This document shows positions 37,647 through 46,372 of a stretch of DNA of 64,000 nt, piece after piece. The DNA comes from Candidatus Melainabacteria bacterium 17Bon1m (GTDB lineage: Bacteria; Cyanobacteriota; Vampirovibrionia; Obscuribacterales; Obscuribacteraceae), in assembly GCA_032128875.1 (NCBI GenBank), contig JAVLKG010000003.1, forward strand, positions 289,008-353,007, in the 5' to 3' direction. A model generated the notes under the pieces. The model searched no databases. It saw nothing but the letters and a program-made list of their open reading frames with translations, and had not been told where the DNA came from. Made by a program: the position numbers and the translations under genes. Each line of letters starts with the position of its first letter. The stretch's first letter is position 1.

Positions 37647-38642
37647 TTGTATCCGGTTGAGATTGCTCAAATCGACGATAAAGAGCTTGCTGAATTCTTG
37701 AGGCAGGCCAAGCCGCGCACCGGGCGCGGGCTGTTAGATTTGATTGTTTGGTCCTGGGGGATGATGATTCTCGGAATCGTCCCATACCTTCTCATGCCTA
37801 ACATCTGGACGTTTGCGCTCGCGTTTGCGTTCGTCACTTCGCGAATGGGAGCGCTGCTAGCATTGGCACATGACGCGCAGCACGCGGCGTTTTTGCCAAA
37901 CAAGAAATGGAATGATCTTGTTGCCGCTTGGCTGTGTGCGTATCCGGTCGGCTCGATTTATGGCTCTTCTCGAGCCGTTCATATGGCTCACCACAAGCTT
38001 CTAGGACAGCCCGACGATCCTGATCGCAATTTCCATTTGGAGAACAACAAGTCGACCGCAAAGGAGTTTGTTGTCTACTTCGTGGGTTTGGTTTTCGGCG
38101 GACAGCTTTGGACAAGCATCGTCAAAAACGGGCTTTTGCTGCCTATGAAACGCGACAAGAAGCGCACAGAGGCAGTGGTGCTGCAACGCACCGGGCATCC
38201 CGAGATTTTGAACCTTGTGCCCGTGCAATTAGTCATCTGGGGCGCGTTGTGGCTTGCCTCCGGTCAGTTTTGGTTGTACTTCGCCCTTTGGCTTTTACCG
38301 ATTTTTACAACCGGCACCTTCCTCGGATTTCTTCGTGGCTTTGTTGATCATGCTCGCCTTAAAGACGATCAGGATGGTCCGATGGAGGGCCGCCTGGTTA
38401 CTGTGTTAAACGTTGGACTCGTCGCACGTTGGTATTTGGCGCCGTTCGATTTTAAGTATCACGCGGAGCATCACTTGTTCCCAACAGTGCCTCACTATGG
38501 TTTGCCAGAACTGCACGCTATCTTGCAGCGCAACTCAGAAATCAGCAAGCACTACATTTGCCGTCCGAGTTACGCGCAGTTCTTAAAAGAATACTGGCAC
38601 CAAATACGCTACCAGCCGGCGGCGATGCCTGAGCAAGGTTAG
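37647..38642 (+). CDS. Membrane fatty-acid-desaturase-family protein
   Basis: His boxes HDAQH, HMAHH, HAEHH; TM segments. Confidence 0.9.
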   Translation: MYPVEIAQIDDKELAEFLRQAKPRTGRGLLDLIVWSWGMMILGIVPYLLMPNIWTFALAFAFVTSRMGALLALAHDAQHAAFLPNKKWNDLVAAWLCAYPVGSIYGSSRAVHMAHHKLLGQPDDPDRNFHLENNKSTAKEFVVYFVGLVFGGQLWTSIVKNGLLLPMKRDKKRTEAVVLQRTGHPEILNLVPVQLVIWGALWLASGQFWLYFALWLLPIFTTGTFLGFLRGFVDHARLKDDQDGPMEGRLVTVLNVGLVARWYLAPFDFKYHAEHHLFPTVPHYGLPELHAILQRNSEISKHYICRPSYAQFLKEYWHQIRYQPAAMPEQG

Positions 38643-38672
38643 TTTGAATGTCGCTGAAACTGCGAGTATCTA

Positions 38673-39530
38673 ATGGCATCAGCAAAATTGAAAGTCGATA
38701 AGAAGCTGATTACAGGCTATGCTGCTATGTTTCTTTTGGGTGCACTTCTTCTTTCATACGCTGTTTTTATTGAACCGCGTCAGCTGGTCGTGCAAAAATA
38801 TTCATTGGCATTGCCGCATTGGTCTACATCGTTAAACCATTTGAGAGTGGCAGTGTTAACCGATTTGCACGTCGGTTGTTTGAGTGTTCCAGTATCAAAG
38901 CTTCGCCGTGTGATCGCGACGACAAATGCTGAAAATCCCGATGTAATTGTGATGCTTGGAGATTTTGTTGCTACGCACGGTAGGACCACTGCCTTGAGGC
39001 CGGAAGAGTTCGCGCACGAACTTTCTGCTCTGAAGGCGAAGTATGGGGTGTATGCAGTCCTCGGAAATCATGACTGGTGGTACAACGGCGAGGCTGTTCG
39101 TAATGAGCTTCAGAAGGCGAATATACATGTTTTGGAAAACGAATCGAAGGAATTGAAAGTCAACAACACAGCCCTGTGGATAGCAGGCCTCGCAGATCAA
39201 TGGACACGCGCACCAAGTATTCCTCTTGCTGTGAAGCATGTTCCGGTGGGAGCTCCTTGTCTAATGCTGATGCACGAACCTGATTTACTCCGGGAAGTGC
39301 CTGAGTCTGTGAGCTTGTCGCTCGCGGGACATACTCATGGCGGTCAAGTCGCACTGCCATTTATCGGTCCACCAATTCTGCCGACAGAGATGGGAAGCAA
39401 GTTCGCGCGTGGAGTGATTGTGGAAGGGGACAAAACTTTCTTCGTCTCTTCCGGTGTTGGCACAAGTGTCTTGCCCGTGAGATTTTGCGTGCCGCCGGAG
39501 ATCTGTGTGCTTGATTTGACTAGCAAATAG
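38673..39530 (+). CDS. Metallophosphoesterase (YkuE/YaeI-like) with N-terminal TM
   Basis: TDLH, LGD, LGNHD, MHEPD, GHTHGGQ. Confidence 0.93.
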   Translation: MASAKLKVDKKLITGYAAMFLLGALLLSYAVFIEPRQLVVQKYSLALPHWSTSLNHLRVAVLTDLHVGCLSVPVSKLRRVIATTNAENPDVIVMLGDFVATHGRTTALRPEEFAHELSALKAKYGVYAVLGNHDWWYNGEAVRNELQKANIHVLENESKELKVNNTALWIAGLADQWTRAPSIPLAVKHVPVGAPCLMLMHEPDLLREVPESVSLSLAGHTHGGQVALPFIGPPILPTEMGSKFARGVIVEGDKTFFVSSGVGTSVLPVRFCVPPEICVLDLTSK

Positions 39531-39534
39531 TGCG

Positions 39535-40002
39535 CTAAAACTCTGTGGTTATTTTGCCTGTGTTAATATCGACGTAATACCAGTTTTTCGTCGCTGTGTG
39601 CGAAGTTTCCGGTCCGTCGTTGACGACTTCGTAAACGTGCACTACGTATGCATTGCCTTCTTTTCTGTCTACGTCGATAACAGGCTTTGCTACCTTCGAT
39701 TTAGTGACAGTTTTGAAAAACTGTTTTACGTCCGGCATTGCCATCACAAGATCAAGAGCTTTTGCTTCGGTGATTTTGCCAGTAGGCGCTTTGTTGGCTT
39801 TAGTGCCTGCTGCTGTCTTTGAAGCCCCTGTGGAAGCGGTTTTATTTGTGCTGGTGGAAGTCGTTTTTGTTTCTGCAGAACTAGTTCTTGCTGCGGTGGA
39901 ACCTGTTTTCGCAGCTTCACCAGCGAAGGCATTTGGAAGGAGTGCGATCGAAACCACCGTCAACGCACCTGCAAAGGCGAACAGCTTCCTTTTGTTTTGC
40001 AT
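39535..40002 (-). CDS. Secreted hypothetical protein with Thr/Ala/Lys linker and PepSY-like C-terminal domain
   Basis: Signal peptide; ITEAKALDLV…YVVHVYE…WYYVDINTGKI. Confidence 0.75.
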   Translation of the reverse strand: MQNKRKLFAFAGALTVVSIALLPNAFAGEAAKTGSTAARTSSAETKTTSTSTNKTASTGASKTAAGTKANKAPTGKITEAKALDLVMAMPDVKQFFKTVTKSKVAKPVIDVDRKEGNAYVVHVYEVVNDGPETSHTATKNWYYVDINTGKITTEF

Positions 40003-40016
40003 ATGCTCCTTCCCGC

Positions 40017-40967
40017 TTACTGTCTCAGTTTGGCTTTGCCTTGATCCATTATCGCCGCGAGTCGATCTTCACCAATTTCTTCAATACTTGCTGCACGTTC
40101 CACCGGCGCAAAAATGTCGTTGTAAAAAGACTCTGCACGGATAAGCTCTGGCCAGTTAGAAAGTTTATCCCATTCCCCATCGTTTAAGCCTAGCAAGAAG
40201 CGCGCCCTGAAAGGGTCTACGCCTTCCATCTCGAATGCGGCGATGCGTAAATCTCGTCCGGCGCCAGTATCAAAATGCGCGGTGCCGGAACGATCGACAT
40301 CAACATCGCAATAGATATCGAATTTCTTGATCAAGTTCTGAGCCTCTTCAATATATGAATCGTGTACTCGCTTTCCTCGCTCTGTGAGTTTGTAAGCGGC
40401 TTTCTTGACGTCGATTTCAATGTACTGTTCTTTCTCCGCCCATGCGATCAAGTCATCGATATCGGCATTGTCTTTGGTCACGTCGATGGCAAAACCAATG
40501 CCTATTTGGTGGAGAAACATCGCGCGCGCAAGATCTTCCATCAGGCTGGCAGGTTCTTGTGCGCTGCCAGCGTGAGCTTGCTGTGCGGTTTTTGCGCTTG
40601 AAGGCAGGGCTGTATCGGTGATTACGAGATCTAAGCGGTAATACTTAATCCCATCTCTTTCTGACATTGTGCATGCGTTTTTCAATGGGGCGTCTGGATC
40701 GATTTCACGCCCGTTTCCTTTAAAAACGGCACTCTCTTTGATGAATATACCCTGGTCATCGTGAGCGAAGATGTACTGTTGAAGCGCCTTTAGGTCATCC
40801 ACCTGTCCAGCCGGCAAAACGCCTGTCTCAACAAGGGTGTCGAGTTTTTCAGAGCCGATTACATCGAAGACCACATCGATTGCTTTTTGATTCGCCGTAG
40901 CATCATCCAGCGTCAAGACGCAGGAATGATTTTCTCCTGCGTCCGAGAGCCTAAGTTGATATTGCAT
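40017..40967 (-). CDS. Hypothetical two-domain protein with a winged-helix-like segment
   Basis: LIAWAEKEQYIEID…YKLTERGKR resembles a winged-helix wing; starts 2 nt after the upstream gene's stop. Confidence 0.75.
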   Translation of the reverse strand: MQYQLRLSDAGENHSCVLTLDDATANQKAIDVVFDVIGSEKLDTLVETGVLPAGQVDDLKALQQYIFAHDDQGIFIKESAVFKGNGREIDPDAPLKNACTMSERDGIKYYRLDLVITDTALPSSAKTAQQAHAGSAQEPASLMEDLARAMFLHQIGIGFAIDVTKDNADIDDLIAWAEKEQYIEIDVKKAAYKLTERGKRVHDSYIEEAQNLIKKFDIYCDVDVDRSGTAHFDTGAGRDLRIAAFEMEGVDPFRARFLLGLNDGEWDKLSNWPELIRAESFYNDIFAPVERAASIEEIGEDRLAAIMDQGKAKLRQ

Positions 40968-40969
40968 GA

Positions 40970-41806
40970 TTAGCGTCTCCGTCCGCCAAATCCGCGCATC
41001 TTGAATCCACTGGAGCGCCTACCGCCCCACATTGATCCCGAGCTGGAGCTAGACGAACTGCCGAATGTCGAAGAAGATGAGCCGCCGCCAAACCAGCTGC
41101 GTTTTCTTTCTGTAGAACCTGAAGAGAAAGTGCTGGAGCCAAATCCGGTTTTGCTAGTTAAGCCGCCGGTAGGCTTTGATTTGAAGCGAGAGAAGAAGCC
41201 CTGATTGGCTGCTTTCTGCGTTTCATATGCCGGGGAAGTGCGCCAGGCGGTTCGGTGGCTGCTGAGCGGTCCCATGCGGTCATAAGGGGTGTAATAGCGA
41301 CCGCCCCATGAATTCATCATGTGTGAAAGCACAAGCATCTGAACGAACGGGCTGTCGAAAATGCTGCGGTGCCCGACATAATGGGCGCTGCCATCATAAT
41401 TGTTGACTCTGTAAGGCATGTCGTTGTTGACGATGTCACCGGTCTGTTCGATAGAGAAAAGCTTTTCGTCATCCTTTTGGAAGCCCTGCTCCTTCTTGTT
41501 GTCGATGTAGCCAGTCACAACGAGGCGATTGTTTTCACGGGTGGCATCGATGGATACAACTTCTTTGCCTTCGTAGATTTCATTGACGCGTTTTTCGAAC
41601 GCGGCCATGCGAGTCTTGAAATCGTCGCCTTTCGCTTCGAAGAAAGCCTTTTGAACTTCATCCAGATTGATTTTGCTGGAGGTTACCTCAATTTCCGGCT
41701 GGCTGGAGACATAGTGCTCGGATCTCGAGCCGGACGAGCAACCTGTAACCGTCAAACCGACGGAAAGAACGCAGAGGGCGCTAAGAATGCTCAGGCAACG
41801 TTTCAT
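40970..41806 (-). CDS. Lipoprotein with Ser/Gly/Arg-rich disordered C-terminal tail
   Basis: Lipobox VTG|C; ends …SSSSSSSGSMWGGRRSSGFKMRGFGGRRR; GGAG RBS. Confidence 0.8.
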   Translation of the reverse strand: MKRCLSILSALCVLSVGLTVTGCSSGSRSEHYVSSQPEIEVTSSKINLDEVQKAFFEAKGDDFKTRMAAFEKRVNEIYEGKEVVSIDATRENNRLVVTGYIDNKKEQGFQKDDEKLFSIEQTGDIVNNDMPYRVNNYDGSAHYVGHRSIFDSPFVQMLVLSHMMNSWGGRYYTPYDRMGPLSSHRTAWRTSPAYETQKAANQGFFSRFKSKPTGGLTSKTGFGSSTFSSGSTERKRSWFGGGSSSSTFGSSSSSSSGSMWGGRRSSGFKMRGFGGRRR

Positions 41807-41973
41807 TTGGATACTCCAAAACTAATACAACTTCACTATAACAACGCGCCAAGGCGAAAATAGCTGAAAGCTCCCATGGATGGGGCTTATAGCCGTTTGA
41901 TGCTACACAATATATTAGCAATTGTAGCGTCATGAAAGTTGCATGACAGGCTGTCTGGCGACACGGTGAGAAA

Positions 41974-42013
41974 AATTAGTTGACAAAGTCAACTAATTGA
42001 TTGACACTGTCAA
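41974..42013. promoter_or_regulatory. Tandem palindromic operators (TTGAC-N3-GTCAA x2)
   Basis: AATTAGTTGAC-AAA-GTCAACTAATT (41974-41998) and TTGAC-ACT-GTCAA (42001-42013), upstream of a MarR-family gene. Confidence 0.7.
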
Positions 42014-42092
42014 GTAGTGTTGGCGGCGAGGGCCGGAAACGTCCTTCCGTTGGAGGGTTTCCAACCTTTGTCCGACGTCTCTGGAGAAGACT

Positions 42093-43031
42093 ATGTCAAA
42101 ACCGTCTGCGAGTGTTTTTGAAAAACGAGTCAATGAAGTCAGGCAGTTCAATAGGTTTTACACAAAGCAGATCGGAGCGCTAAGCGAAAATTACCTCGAC
42201 AGCGATTTCTCGCTTGCCGAAACTCGTGTGTTGTACGAACTTGCTCACAAAGACGATTTGACGGCGAAGCAACTGTGCGCCGACTTGGATATGGACGCTG
42301 GGTACTTGAGCCGAATTTTGCGTGCTTTCGAGGAGCGTGGATTGATAAAGCGCGTTGCGTCCAAGGCAGATGGGCGGCAGCATTTGATTGTGATGACGGC
42401 CAAAGGGCGCAAGGAATTTACGCCTCTGGAGCGTGGCGCCTTTGATGGCGTTGCACAACTTCTGGAGCCTCTGGCGAATGAGAAGCAGGAGGAAGTTATG
42501 GAAGCGATGAAAGTGATTCGTAATGCACTTGGCGATGAGCTTCCGAAAACCAATTCCTTTGTGTTGCGACCTTCGAAGCCTGGAGATATGGGTTGGGTTC
42601 TCTATCGGCATGCCGCGATTTATGGGCAGGAATACGGTTGGGATGAGCGTTTTGAGTCGTTGGTTGCTGATGTTGTTGCTGACTATTTGAGAAACCACGA
42701 TCCGTCAAAGGAAAATTGTTGGATCGCTGAGAAAGATGGAAAGAATGTTGGTTCTATTTTTCTCGTCCGCGAATCAGATGAAATCGCAAAACTTCGTTTG
42801 CTCATCGTCGAGCCGGAGACGCGCGGAATGGGCATTGGTGCACGTTTGGTCGAAGAGTGCATTCGATTTGCAAAACAAAGCGGCTATAAGAAAATAAGAC
42901 TTTGGACAAACAGCTGTTTGCATTCTGCACGAAAGATTTATGAGCGCTGCGGATTTTATTTGGTGGAAGAAAGTCCACACAATATGTTCGGCGAAGGACT
43001 CGTCGGACAAACTTGGGAATTGATTCTGTAA
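42093..43031 (+). CDS. MarR-type winged helix fused to GNAT acetyltransferase
   Basis: VRQFNRFYT, DAGYLSRIL, DGRQ…TAKGR; AKLRLLIVEPETRGMGIG, ARKIYERCGF. Confidence 0.93.
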   Translation: MSKPSASVFEKRVNEVRQFNRFYTKQIGALSENYLDSDFSLAETRVLYELAHKDDLTAKQLCADLDMDAGYLSRILRAFEERGLIKRVASKADGRQHLIVMTAKGRKEFTPLERGAFDGVAQLLEPLANEKQEEVMEAMKVIRNALGDELPKTNSFVLRPSKPGDMGWVLYRHAAIYGQEYGWDERFESLVADVVADYLRNHDPSKENCWIAEKDGKNVGSIFLVRESDEIAKLRLLIVEPETRGMGIGARLVEECIRFAKQSGYKKIRLWTNSCLHSARKIYERCGFYLVEESPHNMFGEGLVGQTWELIL

Positions 43032-43050
43032 GGGGAAAGTCAGTCTCTTC

Positions 43051-43692
43051 TTAGACTTCTACAGTTTCAAAATCATAGTTTTCTTCGTCTTCCTTCACTA
43101 TCGAAGGAGGATTGTGCTCACCGTAAATGTCGTCAAACGTGAGTGAGAAAACATCGCCAGGCAACGAATGGAGTTGCAACGTTTGCTCGCGTCCGAGAGA
43201 TTCGAATTGCCATTTGTTGCTATTAGTGCGCCGATAAACGTCGATCTGCTGCCGATCTTGATGGACTATTATGTACTCTCTCAGCGTGTCAATTTTTTGA
43301 TAGGCGACTAGCTTTTCCCTAAGGTCGATTTGTTTGGTTGAGGGCGACAGTATCTCGAGCACCAGGACGGGTTGCTCCTTAAAAACACTTTTGGGCTGAA
43401 AAGATTCACAGCTAACCATAATGTCCGGATAGTAAAAGCTATTTGCTGCTGCAATTCTAACCTTCATGTCGTTCGAGTAGACGTGGCAAGGTCCGTCTTT
43501 CAGTCGTGCATGTATGGACGCGAAGATATTGCCGCAGACGTGATTGTGAGCGTCGGTTGACCCAGTCATCGCGAAGACGTGACCGGCAACGTACTCGTGG
43601 CGTACTGTCGCGCTTTCTTCGAACGCGAGATACTCATCTTCCGTCATGTGCGGCGGATGTTCTGAACGTGGCACAGTATGTTCTCCGAACAC
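43051..43692 (-). CDS. Uma2-family putative endonuclease
   Basis: RHEYVAGHVFAMTG, YYPDIMV, VLEILSPST, EKLVAY…LREY; the true start may be the later MTEDEY. Confidence 0.9.
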   Translation of the reverse strand: MFGEHTVPRSEHPPHMTEDEYLAFEESATVRHEYVAGHVFAMTGSTDAHNHVCGNIFASIHARLKDGPCHVYSNDMKVRIAAANSFYYPDIMVSCESFQPKSVFKEQPVLVLEILSPSTKQIDLREKLVAYQKIDTLREYIIVHQDRQQIDVYRRTNSNKWQFESLGREQTLQLHSLPGDVFSLTFDDIYGEHNPPSIVKEDEENYDFETVEV

Positions 43693-43743
43693 TCGTGACA
43701 GTTCAGATCATAACACAGTAATAAAGCCGTTCTGCCCTGAAAC

Positions 43744-44007
43744 CTAGGTACTGCGCGCCGTCTTGCGATTCAAGTGATTCTCATCTGTGGGTGCGACAAA
43801 TCCCGCGAAGTACGCCAAGAAAAATGGAAACGCTTTCCTTGCGAATCTATTTAAACGCGTGTGGAAATTGTCGTCCAGCAAGTGATCGATTTGTTTCTTA
43901 GCTGGCTCCTTCAGCAAGTCCGAGAGGCGCACAAGATTGGGAAACTTCTTGACGAAGTATCCATGAAGCTTGTCTTTTAACCATGCTTTGCGGCGATCCG
44001 AAATCAT
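43744..44007 (-). CDS. Small hypothetical protein
   Basis: 87 aa; start overlaps the fasciclin stop (ATGA). Confidence 0.5.
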   Translation of the reverse strand: MISDRRKAWLKDKLHGYFVKKFPNLVRLSDLLKEPAKKQIDHLLDDNFHTRLNRFARKAFPFFLAYFAGFVAPTDENHLNRKTARST

Positions 44008-44597
44008 TGAATGTCTCCAGCTTTGTTACTCGACTCGTTCATTGCGAGGTTTTCCATTCCGGTTAGAGGAAACAGGACTGTATCTATAGAGTGGATTACA
44101 CCATTGCGGCAAGCGATGTCCGGCTTGTTGATCAGCGCGCTCGAAACAGTGACCGTTTTGGCACTATTTATGTTCGTCATCAAAAAGTCGCCGGTCAAAG
44201 TGCGCAGAGAGTCAAATTTGATATTCGAGCTCATCAGGCGCTTTTGAACAATGTGATATCTGACTATCTGTTTTAGACGCGCCTTATCCTGAAATAGCTT
44301 TGTAAATGTATCTTTGGAGAGGCTGGCGAAAGCGCGGTCATTCGGCGCAAATATCGTGTAGGGTCCTCGTCCTGTCTCCAACGGATACTGCATGCCTGTT
44401 ACCCGCAGTGCTTCCAAAAACATTCTAAAATTGCCTTCCTGTTGCAGCTTTTGCACAACATTGTTGGAAATAATGTGTCGGCGCAGATGCGGTGGTACCT
44501 GAACTGCCAGACCCGGGGACGGAAGCAGGAGCGGCGTCATGGCGCTCAAAGTTGCGATAATTAAGGCAGAACGGTCAAAGCCTTTTAGAGTTAACAT
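44004..44597 (-). CDS. Fasciclin (FAS1) domain protein, secreted
   Basis: YTIFAPNDRAF, IVRYHIV, NGVIHSIDTVL; ATG 44597 preceded by GGGAGG. Confidence 0.9.
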   Translation of the reverse strand: MLTLKGFDRSALIIATLSAMTPLLLPSPGLAVQVPPHLRRHIISNNVVQKLQQEGNFRMFLEALRVTGMQYPLETGRGPYTIFAPNDRAFASLSKDTFTKLFQDKARLKQIVRYHIVQKRLMSSNIKFDSLRTLTGDFLMTNINSAKTVTVSSALINKPDIACRNGVIHSIDTVLFPLTGMENLAMNESSNKAGDIQ

Positions 44598-44730
44598 ATT
44601 TGCCTCCCATTGCGGCTTTCGAAGCTTATGGGGCGCTTCGAGCAGCATTGGTAAGACAAAGCGGCCTTCCATTTGTTCCTTGGAAGACGTAACCTTCTGT
44701 GAAAACCTGAACCTGTGAGCTGAAAGAGAG

Positions 44731-45282
44731 ATGACAATCGAAACAACGCGTCTTATATTGCGCGAATGGAAAGATTCTGATTTTGAACCTTTCGCTGCGC
44801 TAAATGCTGACCCTGAAGTGATGGAATTCTTTCCAAAGACAATGACGCACGATGAAACTGCCGCGATGATACAGCGCACGAAGGCTCGATACGCCGAAGA
44901 CGGCTTTTGTCTGTGGGCAACAGAGGAAAAGGAAACAGGCGATTTCATTGGATTTATCGGTTTGGCGAAACCCAATTTTGAAGCGAAGTTTACTCCATGT
45001 GTTGAAATTGGTTGGCGACTCGCGCGCCGCTTTTGGGGCAAAGGTTACGCGCCTGAAGGAGCACTGGCGGTTCTTCAAGACGGGTTTGAGAATCACGGTT
45101 TGGATGAGATTGTCTCTTTCACGGCAGAAATAAATTTGAAATCAATTCGCGTGATGGAGAAAATTTCCATGTGGCGCGATCAGGAAAACGATTTTATGCA
45201 TCCGAACGTTGCAGACGGACATCGGCTAAAGCCTCATGTTCTGTACAGAATGACGCGGAAGGATTGGCAGCATCTCAAGTAG
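44731..45282 (+). CDS. GNAT acetyltransferase, RimJ/RimL-like
   Basis: ETTRLILREW, EIGWRLARRFWGKGYA, NLKSIRVMEKI. Confidence 0.93.
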   Translation: MTIETTRLILREWKDSDFEPFAALNADPEVMEFFPKTMTHDETAAMIQRTKARYAEDGFCLWATEEKETGDFIGFIGLAKPNFEAKFTPCVEIGWRLARRFWGKGYAPEGALAVLQDGFENHGLDEIVSFTAEINLKSIRVMEKISMWRDQENDFMHPNVADGHRLKPHVLYRMTRKDWQHLK

Positions 45283-45331
45283 GGGAAGCGCATGCGCTTC
45301 CCTGGCAGGGAGCCGCATGCGGCGCCCCTAC
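45279..45331. repeat. REP-like double palindrome flanked by GTAG…CTAC
   Basis: GTAG-GGGAAGCGCATGCGCTTCCC-TGGCA-GGGAGCCGCATGCGGCGCCC-CTAC. Confidence 0.85.
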
Positions 45332-45349
45332 GGTTTCGGTATGCGGCTC

Positions 45350-46348
45350 CTACGCTTCCGGCTTTCTGAAGACGACGCCCATATTGGATGTTTGACCAGT
45401 GGTGGCTTTAATCGCCAGGTCTGTGGCAGCGAAGAAACCGTTCCTTATGAAGTTTCCTAGATTTGTCTTGGCCCAGTCGATGGGCGGGAAGAGCGAGTCA
45501 GCAAGCGGGCTGAGGATAGGATTTGCTTTCAGCATCGAGTGCATTGTCCAAACCCAAAAGATAGCGTTAGGTTGAAACTCCAAGTGCACGAGTTCGAAAT
45601 TTGTCAGGCGTGCAAGTTCTTTCACCGATTTTGGATCGTAGAAAACCCAGTGGCGAGGAAAATGATAAGCGCCCCAGTGCCTGTTTTTGAACATTTTTGC
45701 GTCGAGTGATTCGATGTTGGGAGTCCAGAACCAAAAGACTCCACCGGGTTTTAGAATCCGTCGTACCTTTTCTGCGAAAGCTTTTGGATCTGGAACGTGT
45801 TCGATTACGTGACTCGCCCAAACAAAATCAAAATAATTTTCCGGCAACTCAACATCTTCGAATCTTCCAGCGTAAGCCTTATGCCCTGCGGCATTTGCTT
45901 TCTCGACGGCTTTTTCGTTCATGTCCACGCCATAAGTTTCTACTTGGCGCGTGCGGACTTTTTTGAACCAGTTGAGAATATGTCCATCGGCACAACCAAT
46001 ATCCAATACTCGCACCGGATCTGGTGCAGTGACGAAGGTTAGGCAACCTTCCAAACCTTTGAGAATTTGTTGATAACGATACTTGTAATAGAAGTTCTGG
46101 CGCTGGTTTTCATCATACCCTTCTTCCAGGCTGTATGCGTAATAGTTTGGGGGATAAATGGTCGAAAGCTCAGAAACATCTGGTCGTGGATTTAGATAGA
46201 CAAGACCACACTTGCGACAACGGACAACGTTGAAAACGTCATCCGTCGTGTTTGTGTATTCGTGCTCAACGCCTGTCGTAACCAGGTCGGCATCGGTAGA
46301 GCCGCAATTATTGCAGCTCGTTTCGACCTTCTTAATGTCCGACTTCAT
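45350..46348 (-). CDS. Class I SAM-dependent methyltransferase with N-terminal zinc ribbon
   Basis: CNNC…CRKC, VLDIGCADG, HVIEHVPDP, LKPGG. Confidence 0.9.
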   Translation of the reverse strand: MKSDIKKVETSCNNCGSTDADLVTTGVEHEYTNTTDDVFNVVRCRKCGLVYLNPRPDVSELSTIYPPNYYAYSLEEGYDENQRQNFYYKYRYQQILKGLEGCLTFVTAPDPVRVLDIGCADGHILNWFKKVRTRQVETYGVDMNEKAVEKANAAGHKAYAGRFEDVELPENYFDFVWASHVIEHVPDPKAFAEKVRRILKPGGVFWFWTPNIESLDAKMFKNRHWGAYHFPRHWVFYDPKSVKELARLTNFELVHLEFQPNAIFWVWTMHSMLKANPILSPLADSLFPPIDWAKTNLGNFIRNGFFAATDLAIKATTGQTSNMGVVFRKPEA

Positions 46349-46372
46349 TGCCTGCCTTCGCTAACCGAGTGA

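Noticed and set aside
43051-43692. Uma2 nuclease as part of a defence or restriction system
   Set aside because: It is solitary with no DNA methylase or partner; Uma2 genes are commonly scattered in such genomes.
44598-45041. N-terminal extension of the 345-aa fasciclin ORF
   Set aside because: It overlaps the opposite-strand GNAT gene; ATG 44597 has a strong RBS and begins a signal peptide.
35290-45331. Repeats as a CRISPR array or as island boundaries at tRNA-Ser
   Set aside because: The copies are 10 kb apart with no spacers, cas genes or integrase; no duplicated tRNA 3' end was seen and the interval includes ychF.
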